Assembly (NCBI RefSeq): GCF_000143415.4 | Contig: NW_003314279.1 | Coordinates: forward strand, 496,130-560,129 | Reading direction: 5' to 3' | Length of the DNA: 64,000 bases | From: Selaginella moellendorffii | Lineage: Eukaryota; Plantae; Lycopodiophyta | Shown: positions 16,401 to 27,519 of the stretch, in pieces | Layout: the number at the start of each line of letters is the position of its first letter | Position numbering within the stretch: position 1 is the stretch's first letter | The notes under the pieces: generated by a model | The model's database searches: none | The model's input: the letters and a program-made list of their open reading frames with translations, nothing else | What the model was told of the DNA's origin: nothing | Made by a program: the position numbers and the translations under genes

Positions 16401-17900
16401 CGGAAACCAAACGTATTTCCCTTGGAATGAAAGCGTCGTTTCTGACCCCTGACGATGGCCTCGAGACGATGGACGAAGAACCTGTAGCGGAAGAGCCTTC
16501 GACTGCGAACGTGCTTATGGAAACTGACGAAAAGGAGGAGGACTACTTGGATCTGGACACCGAGGCGACTCCTATGGCTACGGATGTCGATCCACTGGAA
16601 GTCAATCTCGAAGAAGACGTTGAGGACAAAGTGCCAGTAGAAGACGAGAAGCCTCCCACAGCGGAAGAGAGCAAGAAAAAGACCAAGAAGGAGAAGAAGC
16701 GCTTGAAAGAGCAGAGGTATGGTTTCTGGTTTGTATTTACTTGTCTCATGTGACTTTTTTAAACAGGGAGGCTGCCGTTCGAGCAGCAGAAGAGAAATTC
16801 TTACAGAAGGACCAGCCTCCAGAAACCGAAGACGACTTTGAAAGGCTTGTAGCAGCATCGCCAAACAGTAGCTACGTATGGATCAAATACATGGCTTACT
16901 GGTTGCGTCTCGCGGACCCGGACAAAGCGCGAGCAGTGGCTGACAGGTAACACTCGCGTTCGACTTCCTTCTTAGGTGCTACAACGCGAGCTGTTTCGTT
17001 TTTGTACAGGGCTTTGGAGACGATAAACTACCGAGAAGAGATGGAAAAGATGAACATATGGACGGCTTACATCAACCTGGAAAACTCGTATGCACCCTCT
17101 CCTCGGGTAATGTCACGGCTTCCATTCCAGAGATTGGAAAGACTAAGCAATTTTCCTCCAGGAGGCCGTGTCTGCACTTTTCGAAAGAGCGATGAAGTAC
17201 TGTGATCCCAAAAAGCTTCACTTGTCCCTGCTTGGCGTCTACGAGAGCACAAACCAGCACGAAATGACTGACGCGCTGATGAAATCGATGACACGCAAGT
17301 TTAAAACCTCTACCAAGGTTTGTGATGATCGTTTTGTTCTATCAACTTCTAGCTCTTACATTGTCTCTCCCAGGTGTGGCTGAGGCATGTAAGCAACTTG
17401 CTAGGCCGAGGGCTGAGCGACAAGGCACGCAAAGCCTTTGAGCAAGCATGCGTCGCTCTCCCTCGCCACAAGCACATCAAGTTCATCTCGCGAGCCGCCA
17501 TCCTCGAGTTCAAGTCGGGCTCGCCAGAGCGAGCGCGCGAGATCTTCGATGGCGTCCTTCGCAACTATCCCAAGAAGACAGACCTCTGGAGCGTATACTT
17601 GGACCAGGCAAGAACAATCACTTCCTCTCGCATGTATCCAACTCGTTTGTTTTCTTTCCAGGAAATTCGACTAGGAGACACTGCAATCGTCAGGAACTTG
17701 TTCGAGAGAGCTACGTGCCTGGATTTACCAGCAAAGAAGATGAAGGTAGAAAACAGCTTTTCATTCTCTCTAGCTCACACCTTGGCTTCCAGTTCCTCTT
17801 CAAAAAGTATCTAGACTTCGAGAAAGGCCAAGGCGACGAGACCCGGATCGAGCACGTAAAAACGAAAGCTATGGAGTTCGTAGAGGCTAAGGCCGGATAG
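10414..17900 (+). CDS. RRP5: rRNA biogenesis protein RRP5 (tandem S1 domains plus C-terminal HAT/TPR repeats), many short introns
   Basis: N-terminal DFPRG; repeated S1 motifs (VKSIEDHGY, VQEVKDYG, GFVKDVTEKGCFV); C-terminal DFERLVAASPNSSYVWIKYMA, ALETINYREEMEKMNIW, DLWSVYLDQE, KKMKFLFKKYLDFE. Confidence 0.96.
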
Positions 17901-18006
17901 TCAGAGTAGCAGTAAGTATCTATCTATTGATTGATCGATCCACACAGACTTCCTTCCAAGAAGAACGAGAAGCTTGGATGGAAGTTTTTGTAGCAATCAA
18001 CCGGCT

Positions 18007-18396
18007 CTAGTTCCCAGCTTTGCTCTTGCGCAGCCGCTCGTATTCTCTCTTCGTCTTGTCCACTGCCATGTACATTGCCGTGAACAGCTCGCGGTGCTGC
18101 TCGAACTCCACCCCGGCGATCTTCCCCTCTTGGGTCGCCATCGCCTCGCGAAGCCTGTCCGCCAGCGCCGCTCTCTCGGCCAGGAGCTTCTCCCTCTCGC
18201 GCCGCAGCTCCTCCACCTTCTCGCCGCTCCTCCTCGCTTCCATCTCCTTGATCTCCCGCTTGTACCGCTCCGCTCTCTCCTGGCGAGCGAGCACCTCTCG
18301 CTTCATGCGCACTAGCTCCAGCTTCACCCTGGCAATCTCATCTTCGACCTCGTCCTCGACGAGTGGCTTCCTGGCATACACCCTGGCCCTGCTCAT
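18007..18396 (-). CDS. Small orphan coiled-coil protein (129 aa)
   Basis: ATG-initiated, GC-rich, E/R/K-rich heptad pattern, in the gap between RRP5 and FAH. Confidence 0.55.
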   Translation of the reverse strand: MSRARVYARKPLVEDEVEDEIARVKLELVRMKREVLARQERAERYKREIKEMEARRSGEKVEELRREREKLLAERAALADRLREAMATQEGKIAGVEFEQHRELFTAMYMAVDKTKREYERLRKSKAGN

Positions 18397-18507
18397 TGTT
18401 CTTCTGGATCTTCTTGTCGCTTGGGCAAAGCCCAGAAAGCTTAGTGGAAGAGAAAGAGGAAAAACTCACCGCTAACTAAATGCTCTTTGCCCTTAATAAG
18501 TCGTGTT

Positions 18508-20540
18508 CTAACACGAGCATCTTGGGGGTTCTAACTTGCCGCTACACGTCCCAAAACCAACTAGATATCCATCGCCCTGTGAAGTGCTGTGTTAGTCATT
18601 GCAGTATCTGGAGTACGTCTTTTCTACCTTGCAGTGGCCGCTTATTACCACTTCATCCCCGTCTTCCAGAAACTTTCGGCTGCCACCATTCTCCAGCGCC
18701 ACTTGTTCGCGGCCGCCCCACGACTGTTCCAGGAGACAACCGAGGCTTCCTTGTTCCTGCCATTGGTTGATCAGTCTCTCCTCCGAATGACGCTAACTTC
18801 AGCAACTTTCATTACCGGACCACTTATAGTTCCTGACGCGAGGAGATCGCCCGGTCGGAGGTTGCAACCATTGACAGTGTGGTGAGCAAGTTGCTGCCCC
18901 AGCGTCCAGTACCTTCGGCAGCAAACTTGTGAGCTTTGATTGCAGTTTCTCGCACACTTACAGATGCTTGAAGTTGCTTCGGCAGATGGTTGATCCTTTC
19001 GGGTCCCCGTCCGGTTTTATGGTAACCTGGTATCATCAACTCGTCTTGCGCAGCTCACGCGAACTAATCAAGGTACCTCGAGTGCAATGTCATAGCTTTT
19101 TCCCTGAGGCTCTTTCAGATATGGCAATGGTGGAGGATCCTGTAATGGTGACAGTTACGATACATTACCGTGTAGAAGTACTGGATTACCTGTGCAGGTG
19201 GGTTGCAGATAAACGGCTCCAAAGCTTCCAAAGTTACAATCCATGGAGATATGGTTGTGGCTGGAAAGAGCTTTGTTACGTAAAGACAGAACCAGAAATT
19301 TATGGAAGTACCAAAGCTTTTCCCCAGAAACGGGCCAAGAGGTATCGCCTCCCACCTTTGTATATCTCTAGCTGTTCGATCGAAACTGTTAATTTGTTTG
19401 CAGGAAGATGAACTAAGGTTGTAGCATACTTACCACTCCAGTCGTTCATCAAAACCAGGCCAAAAATGTGATCGTAGGCGGATTCCACAGGAATTTGCGT
19501 TCCTAGTTCGTTTCCTGGGCCAACAAACATGGCCTGACAGACAGCCCGATTAACTAGAAAAATTCACTGTAAAGTTTCCTTTGACATACCATTTCGAGCT
19601 CAAAGTCGAGAAGACTAGAAGGCTTAAATGCCGGAGAGGACGATCCAGCTGCTGGAGCTACCTGGCCACTGCAAAACATAACTTCTATCAATTCCGTGTG
19701 CGATGAAACCGATCGAAAACTAATCTTAACCTCACCAGGGTCTAGTGATTGGGTGGCCAGAGGTCACTATCGACGAAGAACGTCCGTGATACGCAATTGG
19801 TACATGTAGCCTGCCAATGATACCTTTGCTTAGAAAAAATAAAACTGATGTGGACTCTAATCCTTTGCGAAAAGCGTACCAGTTGTCCTGAAGAGCATCC
19901 ACGCCCCGGAATATTTTGCCGCAATTGAGGGCGTGATGCTTCGAGGAGAAAAAGTCTGTGTAGTCACCAATTACCGCTGGCAACTCCATCTTCACTTCGT
20001 TCTGCCACAAAGGAAAGAATGTGACGAGCATGATTCATAAACAACGCAAGAAATTTTTCTATAGCTACCAATGGAAAGAATGCCTTCTTCCGTAGATCGG
20101 TGTTGTCTCGGAGAGCTGGCTCGTCCGCTAGACATACATAACAGTAGCAATCAATGCTCCATGAAAATCCTACCAAGATATTCGAGAGCTTACCGGATAA
20201 GAGCTTTTGGACGGTGCCCCGTGTTTCTTTCCAGGCCGCTCGTCCCATAGCCATAAAGCGATTGAGGGAAGTCTGGAAAACGAGCAAATCACCCGACGAT
20301 GCGAAAAATCTTTGGTAGTACCTGGTGGAAGCAATCCGAATCGCGCAGCAATGGCCCCGTGAACAATCCCGCCGCCGCGATAGCTCTCAGATCCAGCACC
20401 TGCTCGCCAATCGCGACTCCGGGCCTCGGCGTGGCATCCGATCGCGAGCTAAACACCCCATACGGCAGATTATGGATCGAGAAGTGGGAATCGGGGGCGA
20501 CCGGGACGAATGTGGCGATCGGCGATGGCGATGGCGCCAT
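18508..20540 (-). CDS. FAH: Fumarylacetoacetase, multi-exon
   Basis: [98 protein letters not shown]. Confidence 0.96.
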
Positions 20541-20818
20541 TTCTTCCTCCTCTTTCCTAGCTGGGAAGAGTGAAATATTTCTCTCGGTACCCTCGAGAAA
20601 ATATACCCAGGATCATACGACATGGGCCGTTCGATCTAAAATCACACACATTAAAGGGAAGTGGCCGAGATAGATTATCACGCGATCGCAAGTCGCAACG
20701 CTATATACATTCTACCAAAACTTTCTAGAACAATTTCAAAGAGGAAATAAAGAGACAAGCTTCGTGCGAGCGAGCGAGCGAGCAAGCGAGCGAGCAAGCG
20801 ATCGACGGATGGATGAAT

Positions 20819-21577
20819 TCAAAGATCCCACTTCTTCTCCAGCGCGTCCATCCTCGCGGCGAGATCCTTGCACGCCAGCTTGAGCGATTGAAACCTCTGG
20901 CGACGAGCTTGACCTTGGAGCTGGGCGATCGGTGGAGGCGGCGGCTCCATCACCTGGATAGGAGCTGGCATCAGCGGAGGCCGCCCGGGCTTGCGCTTGA
21001 GAGGCATGGGCAGATCACAATAATCCATCTCTCCGGGCTTGCGCATGGCCAGATAACGAAAATCCATCTCTGGAGCTTGCCTCGGAGGGCGACCAGGCTT
21101 GCGCTTGAGAGGCATGGCCTGATCACGAAAATCCATCTCTGGAGCTTGCCTGGGAGGGCGCCCGGGCTTGCGCTTGGCCTCGCGTGGAACCATCTCTGGA
21201 GCTGGATGCCTGCGAGGCCGCCCGCGCTTGCGCTTTGGAGGCGTGGTGGCCTCGAGAGAAACCATCTCTGGCATCGCCGCCGCGGGAGGATCGGGAGAGG
21301 GATCAGGACGCTTCCTCCGGGAGAATGCTTGCATTATCTTCGGCCTCGGCGCTGGGATCTCGGCCTGCGGTGCCGCCTCGGTCTGGAGCAGCATTTCCTG
21401 CCTTACCCGCTGGGCCGCCTGGGCGTGCCATTCCTCCAGCTCCGGCTTGGGGCTCGCGGAGGAAGATGGATCTTTCTTGAGCAGCGATGGCGCGCGATCG
21501 TGAATCGGGAAAGCCGGCAGCGCGATGATCGCTTTCCTGGCGGGAATCACTTGCGGCAGCGGAGAAGAGAGAGCCAT
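20819..21577 (-). CDS. Proline-rich protein with tandem AT-hook-like repeats
   Basis: KRKRGRPRR and three KRKPGRPP motifs within ~20-aa repeats (..APEMDF..); short C-terminal coiled coil. Confidence 0.7.
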   Translation of the reverse strand: MALSSPLPQVIPARKAIIALPAFPIHDRAPSLLKKDPSSSASPKPELEEWHAQAAQRVRQEMLLQTEAAPQAEIPAPRPKIMQAFSRRKRPDPSPDPPAAAMPEMVSLEATTPPKRKRGRPRRHPAPEMVPREAKRKPGRPPRQAPEMDFRDQAMPLKRKPGRPPRQAPEMDFRYLAMRKPGEMDYCDLPMPLKRKPGRPPLMPAPIQVMEPPPPPIAQLQGQARRQRFQSLKLACKDLAARMDALEKKWDL

Positions 21578-21822
21578 TTCTCCGCTTTGAAATAAAAACT
21601 TAAACCCTGGAGAACTTGACAGATTATTGGAAACCCAACGAACTTGACGGAATCTCCTCCTCAAAGTTGACAGAATACCCTAAGCTTACCGGAATGTCCT
21701 CCTTAAATCTGACAGAATATCCCCATTTCTGAACGAACTTGACGGAATGTCCTCCTTAAACTTGACAGATTTGGCCCTAGAACAATGGAGCACAGGACGA
21801 GCGCGCGTGCGAGAATGGGGGC

Positions 21823-23853
21823 GTGTTCTCTCCGGTGAGCTCGCATTTGCATGAAATCCCTGGAGCGATGGAGGATCTGGAGGACGAAATCACGGTGTTC
21901 AAGAGGCGAGAGATCCGATTCTACGAGTTCCCGGCCGCGCCGCCCAATGCTGCTCTCGGCGACTCCAAAATCTCGGTGCTGCTCGAGAATCTGGAGCTCC
22001 GCCGCTTCGTCCTGGCCCCGGTGCCCGCCCTGGACGAGGATCTTTGCACGCAGTTCATCAAGACGTTCGCGAGGAAGGCGTCGATCGACGGCGGCCACGG
22101 CATCGTCCGGGGCCGCAGCGTCGTCCTGTGCGCACACAGCGTCCAGCGACTCACCGGCCTGCCGATGGGAAGCTCCTCCTATGGCAAGCCCCTCGCGGCG
22201 CCGGAGAATGCCTCGATGCTGCGCGAGATGTTCCCGGGCATGAAGCATTCCGGGGAGAACTACTACTTGCCGCGGATGAGCCGCCGGGTGGACAACGCGG
22301 ACGAGTTCATCGCCATCGCCCGGATGCTCACGGAGAGGCTGCTGTGCCAGACCGATAGCCACAAGTACGCCGAGGCGGAGCTCCTGCTGGGGATGAGGTT
22401 CTCGCTGGCGGCCGGGGTCGTGATGCCGTGGGCGGTGTTCATGGCGCGGAGGATGCTCGAGGCGGTGGTGAGGAGCAAGGAGAGGAAGTCGGTGTTTCTC
22501 TTCGGGCAGTGGCTGTCCGGGCTCATTCGCAGCCAGCTCGAGAGCGCTCCAGGCGACGAGAGGAAGAGAAAGGAGCGAGGATCTTCCGCGGAGGACGATG
22601 AGATTGGCGTTGCTGCGAAAGGGAGCCGGATCAAGCAACGGAGGTACGTGAGTGCTGGACGCGGCGGCGGTTCCACGTCCGATGAGTCACCGCGCGAGAA
22701 AGGCCGCCGACGAAAGGAGTTTGGAGGATCTGAGGATTCAGGATCATCGCCGGAGAAGAAACGCGCGGTGGCTATGACGAGCATCATGGAACAAGAGCAA
22801 GGAGCTACGTCGACCCTCTCGGAACCGGATCGCCCACCGGAGAAAGAAAACGCAGAATTCCAAGCGGCTATCAAACATTCTCCATGCAAACTCGAGGCTC
22901 CGGTTAAACTCGAAGAAACACCACCGTCAACCCTCTCGTCAACCCTCTCGGAAGCGGATCGCCCACCGAAGAAAGAAAACGAAGAGTTCCAAGCGGCTAT
23001 CAAACTCGAGGCTCCGGTTAAACTCGAAGAAACACCGGGTCAGGACCAAGCAGCTGGAGAGACGACACCGTCACCGAACGAAAGCGAAGAGTTCCAAGCG
23101 GCTTCTCCATGCAAACTCGAAGAAACACCGGGTCGGGACCAAGCAGCTGGAGAGACGGCACCGTTACCGAACGAGAACGAAGACTTCCAAGCGGCTTCTC
23201 AAAGAAACGGGTCAGGACCAAGCAGCTGGAGAGGCAACACCGAAGAGTTCCAAGCGGCTTCTTCATGCAAACTCGAAAACACACCACCGTCGCTTGGTGA
23301 GGATCAAGCAGCTGGAGAACCGGACGAGAAACTTGGACCGAAAGGCTGCCAGGACCCCGTGGACGAAGACGAAGCAGTTCTATCCAAGGAACTAGACAAG
23401 GACCAAGCTGCTGTGTCCTCGAGCACGGATGTGGTGGAAGAACCCCGAGCTGTGGAGATCGAACAGGCAGAAGGTGGCATCGAAGTAACTGGAAATCCAG
23501 AAGATGAAACAGTCAAGCTAGAGGACCAGGCAGTTTCGAGAAAGAGCCAGCTTCTTTGCGAGCTCCTCATGCTGAGGGAGGAGGTCCTGGGAGCCGCGGA
23601 ACTGGATCAGGAGTTCGTAGACTTGGAGATTGTGGAGCGTCACCGGGAGCTCCAAGAGAGCGCGCAAGAGCTTGTCTCGCTCGATGAGGAGCTCGGGCAG
23701 CTGCGCCAAGAGGTGGACGACGCAAAGTTTGCCGTGGAGCTGGAGGAAAGCCGGAGGGCACCAAAGGAGTGCGTGAGAAAGATCCGGGACGAGTACATAA
23801 CTTATAAGAAGATGGTCAAGGAGTTCCTCCAGGTTTCTGAGCCTCCATCTTAG
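21823..23853 (+). CDS. 676-aa intronless protein: N-terminal plant transposon-ORF-like (PMD/Transposase_32-like) domain, acidic repeats, C-terminal coiled coil
   Basis: DLCTQF..VRGRSVVL..RLTGLPMG..MPWA motifs; EEFQAAS/CKLEETP/DQAAGET repeats; clear paralogy with 26497..27519. Family name is inference. Confidence 0.75.
   Translation: MFSPVSSHLHEIPGAMEDLEDEITVFKRREIRFYEFPAAPPNAALGDSKISVLLENLELRRFVLAPVPALDEDLCTQFIKTFARKASIDGGHGIVRGRSVVLCAHSVQRLTGLPMGSSSYGKPLAAPENASMLREMFPGMKHSGENYYLPRMSRRVDNADEFIAIARMLTERLLCQTDSHKYAEAELLLGMRFSLAAGVVMPWAVFMARRMLEAVVRSKERKSVFLFGQWLSGLIRSQLESAPGDERKRKERGSSAEDDEIGVAAKGSRIKQRRYVSAGRGGGSTSDESPREKGRRRKEFGGSEDSGSSPEKKRAVAMTSIMEQEQGATSTLSEPDRPPEKENAEFQAAIKHSPCKLEAPVKLEETPPSTLSSTLSEADRPPKKENEEFQAAIKLEAPVKLEETPGQDQAAGETTPSPNESEEFQAASPCKLEETPGRDQAAGETAPLPNENEDFQAASQRNGSGPSSWRGNTEEFQAASSCKLENTPPSLGEDQAAGEPDEKLGPKGCQDPVDEDEAVLSKELDKDQAAVSSSTDVVEEPRAVEIEQAEGGIEVTGNPEDETVKLEDQAVSRKSQLLCELLMLREEVLGAAELDQEFVDLEIVERHRELQESAQELVSLDEELGQLRQEVDDAKFAVELEESRRAPKECVRKIRDEYITYKKMVKEFLQVSEPPS
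22800..23320 (+). repeat. Imperfect coding tandem repeats (EEFQAASPCKLEETPGQDQAAGET)
   Basis: Repeated gaagagttccaagcggct / aaactcgaagaaacacc / caagcagctggaga units. Confidence 0.85.
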
Positions 23854-23971
23854 AAACTCTATTTAGCTTTGATGATCTCTTATGGTAGGAGATGATGGAA
23901 GGAGATCCGAGTTGTGGGGCTCCTCCATCGTAGCATACAGCTGACTAACTTATCTTTCGATTCTCGAGTTT

Positions 23972-25275
23972 TCAAGCCACGGTTTCGACTTGAGCAAGCT
24001 GAGGCTCGTAGGAATGCTGGAAGTGATTGGCAGTAAACCAGGGATGGAAGAAGAGCTGAGAAGCGGTGGGTCTGTGAGAAGGATCTCGCTGGAGGCAGAG
24101 TCGGAGAAAGTCTTTGGCTTGGTCCGAGAGGAAGTCGGGGACTCGGGGTGTTTCCAGAGTGGTGGCCAGTTTGTAGAGCACTGGAACCTGTGGAGACAAG
24201 AAAGAAGAACAGTGAGAACTTTGAGAACTTTGGAAAAGATTGCACGAACCGCTTCGTAGTCACTCCATGGTGGTCTTGCTTGTGCCATTTCGATCACCGT
24301 GCAGCCGAGGCTCCATATATCGACTGAGAGATCGTAGCCACTGCAGCGGCTCTTCAAAATCTGGAAGAAAGTTAGTGAGCGCTTGTTCTCGCTCGAAACT
24401 ATCAAACCTCTGGAGCCATCCAGTATGGAGAGCCTTTTAGCGAGCGTGCAAACGACTTGGCAGTAACCTGGATGGAAGCTAGAGCGCGATCTGAGAAAAT
24501 CACTGCGAGAGACTTACGTGTTTGGCCATTCCAAAGTCCGCGAGCTTTACATTTCCATCCGAGTCAATGAGGACGTTTGCCCCTTTGATATCCCTGTTGC
24601 AAAACCGGAAGCTTTAGGTAGGAGGAACTTTCACTGCTTTTGTTGTTACCTGTGCACGGTTTGTTTGCTGTGGAGGTACGCTAAGCCACACACGATTTGC
24701 CGTGCGTAACTTTTGATCACTGGCTCTTCGAAGGCGCCATACTCGTGGAGGAGCTTTTGGATGGAGCCACCTGATGCAAACTCCAAGTAGATATGGAGCC
24801 TATCCTTCATCTGGACAAAACAAAGGCATGTTTCGTCGATCCATCAAGCGACGAGAGAGCGAAGTACTGATTCGGAGCCGTAGTACTGGACGATGTTTGG
24901 ATGCCTCAGGCGGCTCAACATAGCAATCTCCTGCGAACGCGAGAGAAGAAACCATGTCAAAACAAACAAGAGGAGAACCACGAAAAAGAAAAGCTGGAAG
25001 AAGCCTACTTGTCTCAGCTGTTTGCAACATTCTTGAGACCTGTAGTCACTGCAGGAGATCATGGCCTCCTTGATGGCACAAAACCTTCCAATATAGCTGA
25101 AGAAGAAAAAAAAAAAGAGAGGAAGACTCAACAGGATCACCAAAGAAACCAAGGAGAGAAACCTGTCAAAGCCAACATAGACGTTTCCAAAGGATCCACT
25201 TCCGATCAGAGCTCCCTTCTTCCAGCAAGCTGGAACTCCGGGAGACTTCTGGAGAGGGATCTCCAATGTCTCCAT
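23972..25275 (-). CDS. MEKK-subfamily MAPKKK (YODA/MAPKKKalpha-like kinase domain), multi-exon
   Basis: [70 protein letters not shown]. Confidence 0.93.
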
Positions 25276-25709
25276 TCCAACTTAAGAAGGAACCTGGATA
25301 AAAAACCCCTTAGAACCCCAGTCGAATGGATCGAGAGATTTATACCAGGGGAAATGCAGCAACAGCAACAGTGGCGAGAGAAGCTGGATAACGACTGGCT
25401 CGCTTCCATCCTCCCTCCTCCTGAGAATGATCCGCATTGCGATGCCAAAGCATTCACGAGAAGAATATATGAGCAATAATGGCGGCGGACCAATCGGTCT
25501 CATTTGTTTTGACGACATAGCGCGCATCCCCTGGCCCGCGTGTCCCTCTCGCCCTAGCTCGAATCCCCCTTGTCCCTCGTGTTCCTCATGCCCTAGCTCG
25601 AATCCCCCTTGTCCAAAAAGCCCGGCAGCATGAAGAGCCCTAACTTTCAAATTATGGATATTCCATGTACTTTTTAGGGTTCTTGGGGCTGGGCGGGCGA
25701 GCTGCGGCG

Positions 25710-26395
25710 ATGGAGGGCTACCTCGACCATCTCAGATCGCTGCGCAGGCTCATGAATGGTACGCGAAATCTCTGTGCCTCTGGAAATCTGCGACGCGGCT
25801 GGTGGTGTTGGGGCAGACTATGAGGACAAGGCGGCGGTGGTGAGCGCCGAGCGGCACAAGCAAGAAGCTGTGATACGAACTCTTGAGAAGGATCTGGAAT
25901 GCGGTAAGCTATCGGTGATATCGAATCAGACGAAAGCGATTTGCGTGATGATTCTCAATCCTTTTCTTTTGTTGTTTCCACAGTGAATGCTGAGTCCCGG
26001 CGCTTGGATAGCGAGACTGATGGAATCTTGAAGCAAAGCGGCTTCGTTTCGGCTTCGATTCTCAGGAGCCAGAGGGAGCTTTCCAAGCTGGATAAAGACG
26101 CCGTTGCGCTCGCGGATGCTTTGGAGGTGCTGAAGAAAGACACAGTGGTGGAGGCCGAGTCTATCCACAGGAAAAAGTGAGCCTCTTTGATTCTCTTCCG
26201 CTTTTTCTCCAGCAAATCTCGTCTCGCCCCGCGTGCAGGGCGCACTTTGACGAGCTTTCCAGTGACTTCGCTGCAAAGTTTGAACTCTACAAGTCCAAGG
26301 TGATCTTCTTTTCTCGATGTCTTCAAGCTAAGCTTATGGCACCAAGTTTCCAGGCAAATCTCGCTCTATGCGTTCTGTGTGGTCGGCAGGAATAG
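25710..26395 (+). CDS. Spliced coiled-coil protein resembling plant synaptonemal central-element protein SCEP1 (3' end uncertain)
   Basis: Exons 25710-25758, 25817-25903, 25984-26176 and ~26239-26299 join in frame as MEGYLDHLRSLRRLMNDYEDKAAVVSAE..IRTLEKDLE..; homology is from recollection. Confidence 0.55.
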
Positions 26396-26496
26396 GTGGG
26401 CTCTCCTTGTGCTTTTATCTTATTTTCACTTCTTTCACTTTTGCTGATCATTCAGTGTCGTTATCTCTCGGGGAATTTAGAAACTAAATCGGAACA

Positions 26497-27519
26497 ATGC
26501 AGCGCTTTGGAAAAGTATACAGGATAGTTATAACGTTTTCGAGTCGTGGCGCCTTCACGGGGCCGAAGTTAGTCATTCAGCATAATAGGATAGCTACAGG
26601 GGAGGATTGTGGAGAGGTAACTGGAAAGGAGCGCTCCTTGTCGCAAGAGGAGTGCACCGCTATCAGGAGAAGTGACAGGCCAGTGGTGGCGGAGAACTTT
26701 AAGCGGAAGCCTGCCGAGTGTATGCTGGTGGAACAAGTGTACAAGAAAAAGGAGCTCTTGAGACCGTCGGGCATCACTTTCGAAACGTGTGAGAAGCCGA
26801 AGCGGACCAGGTTGCTGGAGCCGGCTGGACAGAAACTGCTGAATGACTTGGGCCTGGACTTGTTCTACTTCACGCCGGTCCCCAAGAGTGATCCCGACCT
26901 ATGTCAGGCCTTCATTTCTACGTATGCTCATCCTTTTCGATACGGGATGGTTGACGGGAAAGCAGTGCGGATCAACTACGAGGAAATCGCAAAGCTGACA
27001 GGTCTTCCAATTGGGAACTGGAAGTATAAGAAGTACGACCTTCGAGGCAAGCACCAGGCGATCCTGTATGGAATCCTGCGGACTTTCAAGCAGAAGAAGC
27101 CCGGCCTATTTTCTCTGGAGCATGTGAAGTTCGGGGACGGGCTTGAGGACAGCATAGCCTTCAGAGAAGTTGCCAGCCTACTTATGGAGAGGCTCATATG
27201 CAAGCCGCATCCTTCGGACAGCGTAATGCCGCAACTCATTCTGTCCATGCATGGATCTCTCCGGCGCAACCAGATCATGAAGTGGGCTCAGCTGTTGACA
27301 GTTCGGCTTTGCAAGTCGGTATTCTATACCCGACTAACAGGATCATTTCCGTTTTGCTACGCCGAGTGGCTGACGGGTCTCATTCGCCAGCAGATCGAAG
27401 GTGACGAAACCAGAGACCTTGAGTTGGAAACAAGCTTGAAGGCTCTGGCTAAGATGGAGATAGACAGGGCGGTTTTGGACTCTAGGATTCAATCTCTGGA
27501 GGCTCAGAAGCAGCAGTGA
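26497..27519 (+). CDS. 340-aa ORF, paralog of the 21823 transposon-ORF-like domain
   Basis: LLNDLGL..PVPKSDPDLCQAF..VDGKAVRI..KLTGLPIG..LMERLIC..MKWA..WLTGLIRQQIE aligns colinearly with the 676-aa protein; start uncertain. Confidence 0.75.
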   Translation: MQRFGKVYRIVITFSSRGAFTGPKLVIQHNRIATGEDCGEVTGKERSLSQEECTAIRRSDRPVVAENFKRKPAECMLVEQVYKKKELLRPSGITFETCEKPKRTRLLEPAGQKLLNDLGLDLFYFTPVPKSDPDLCQAFISTYAHPFRYGMVDGKAVRINYEEIAKLTGLPIGNWKYKKYDLRGKHQAILYGILRTFKQKKPGLFSLEHVKFGDGLEDSIAFREVASLLMERLICKPHPSDSVMPQLILSMHGSLRRNQIMKWAQLLTVRLCKSVFYTRLTGSFPFCYAEWLTGLIRQQIEGDETRDLELETSLKALAKMEIDRAVLDSRIQSLEAQKQQ

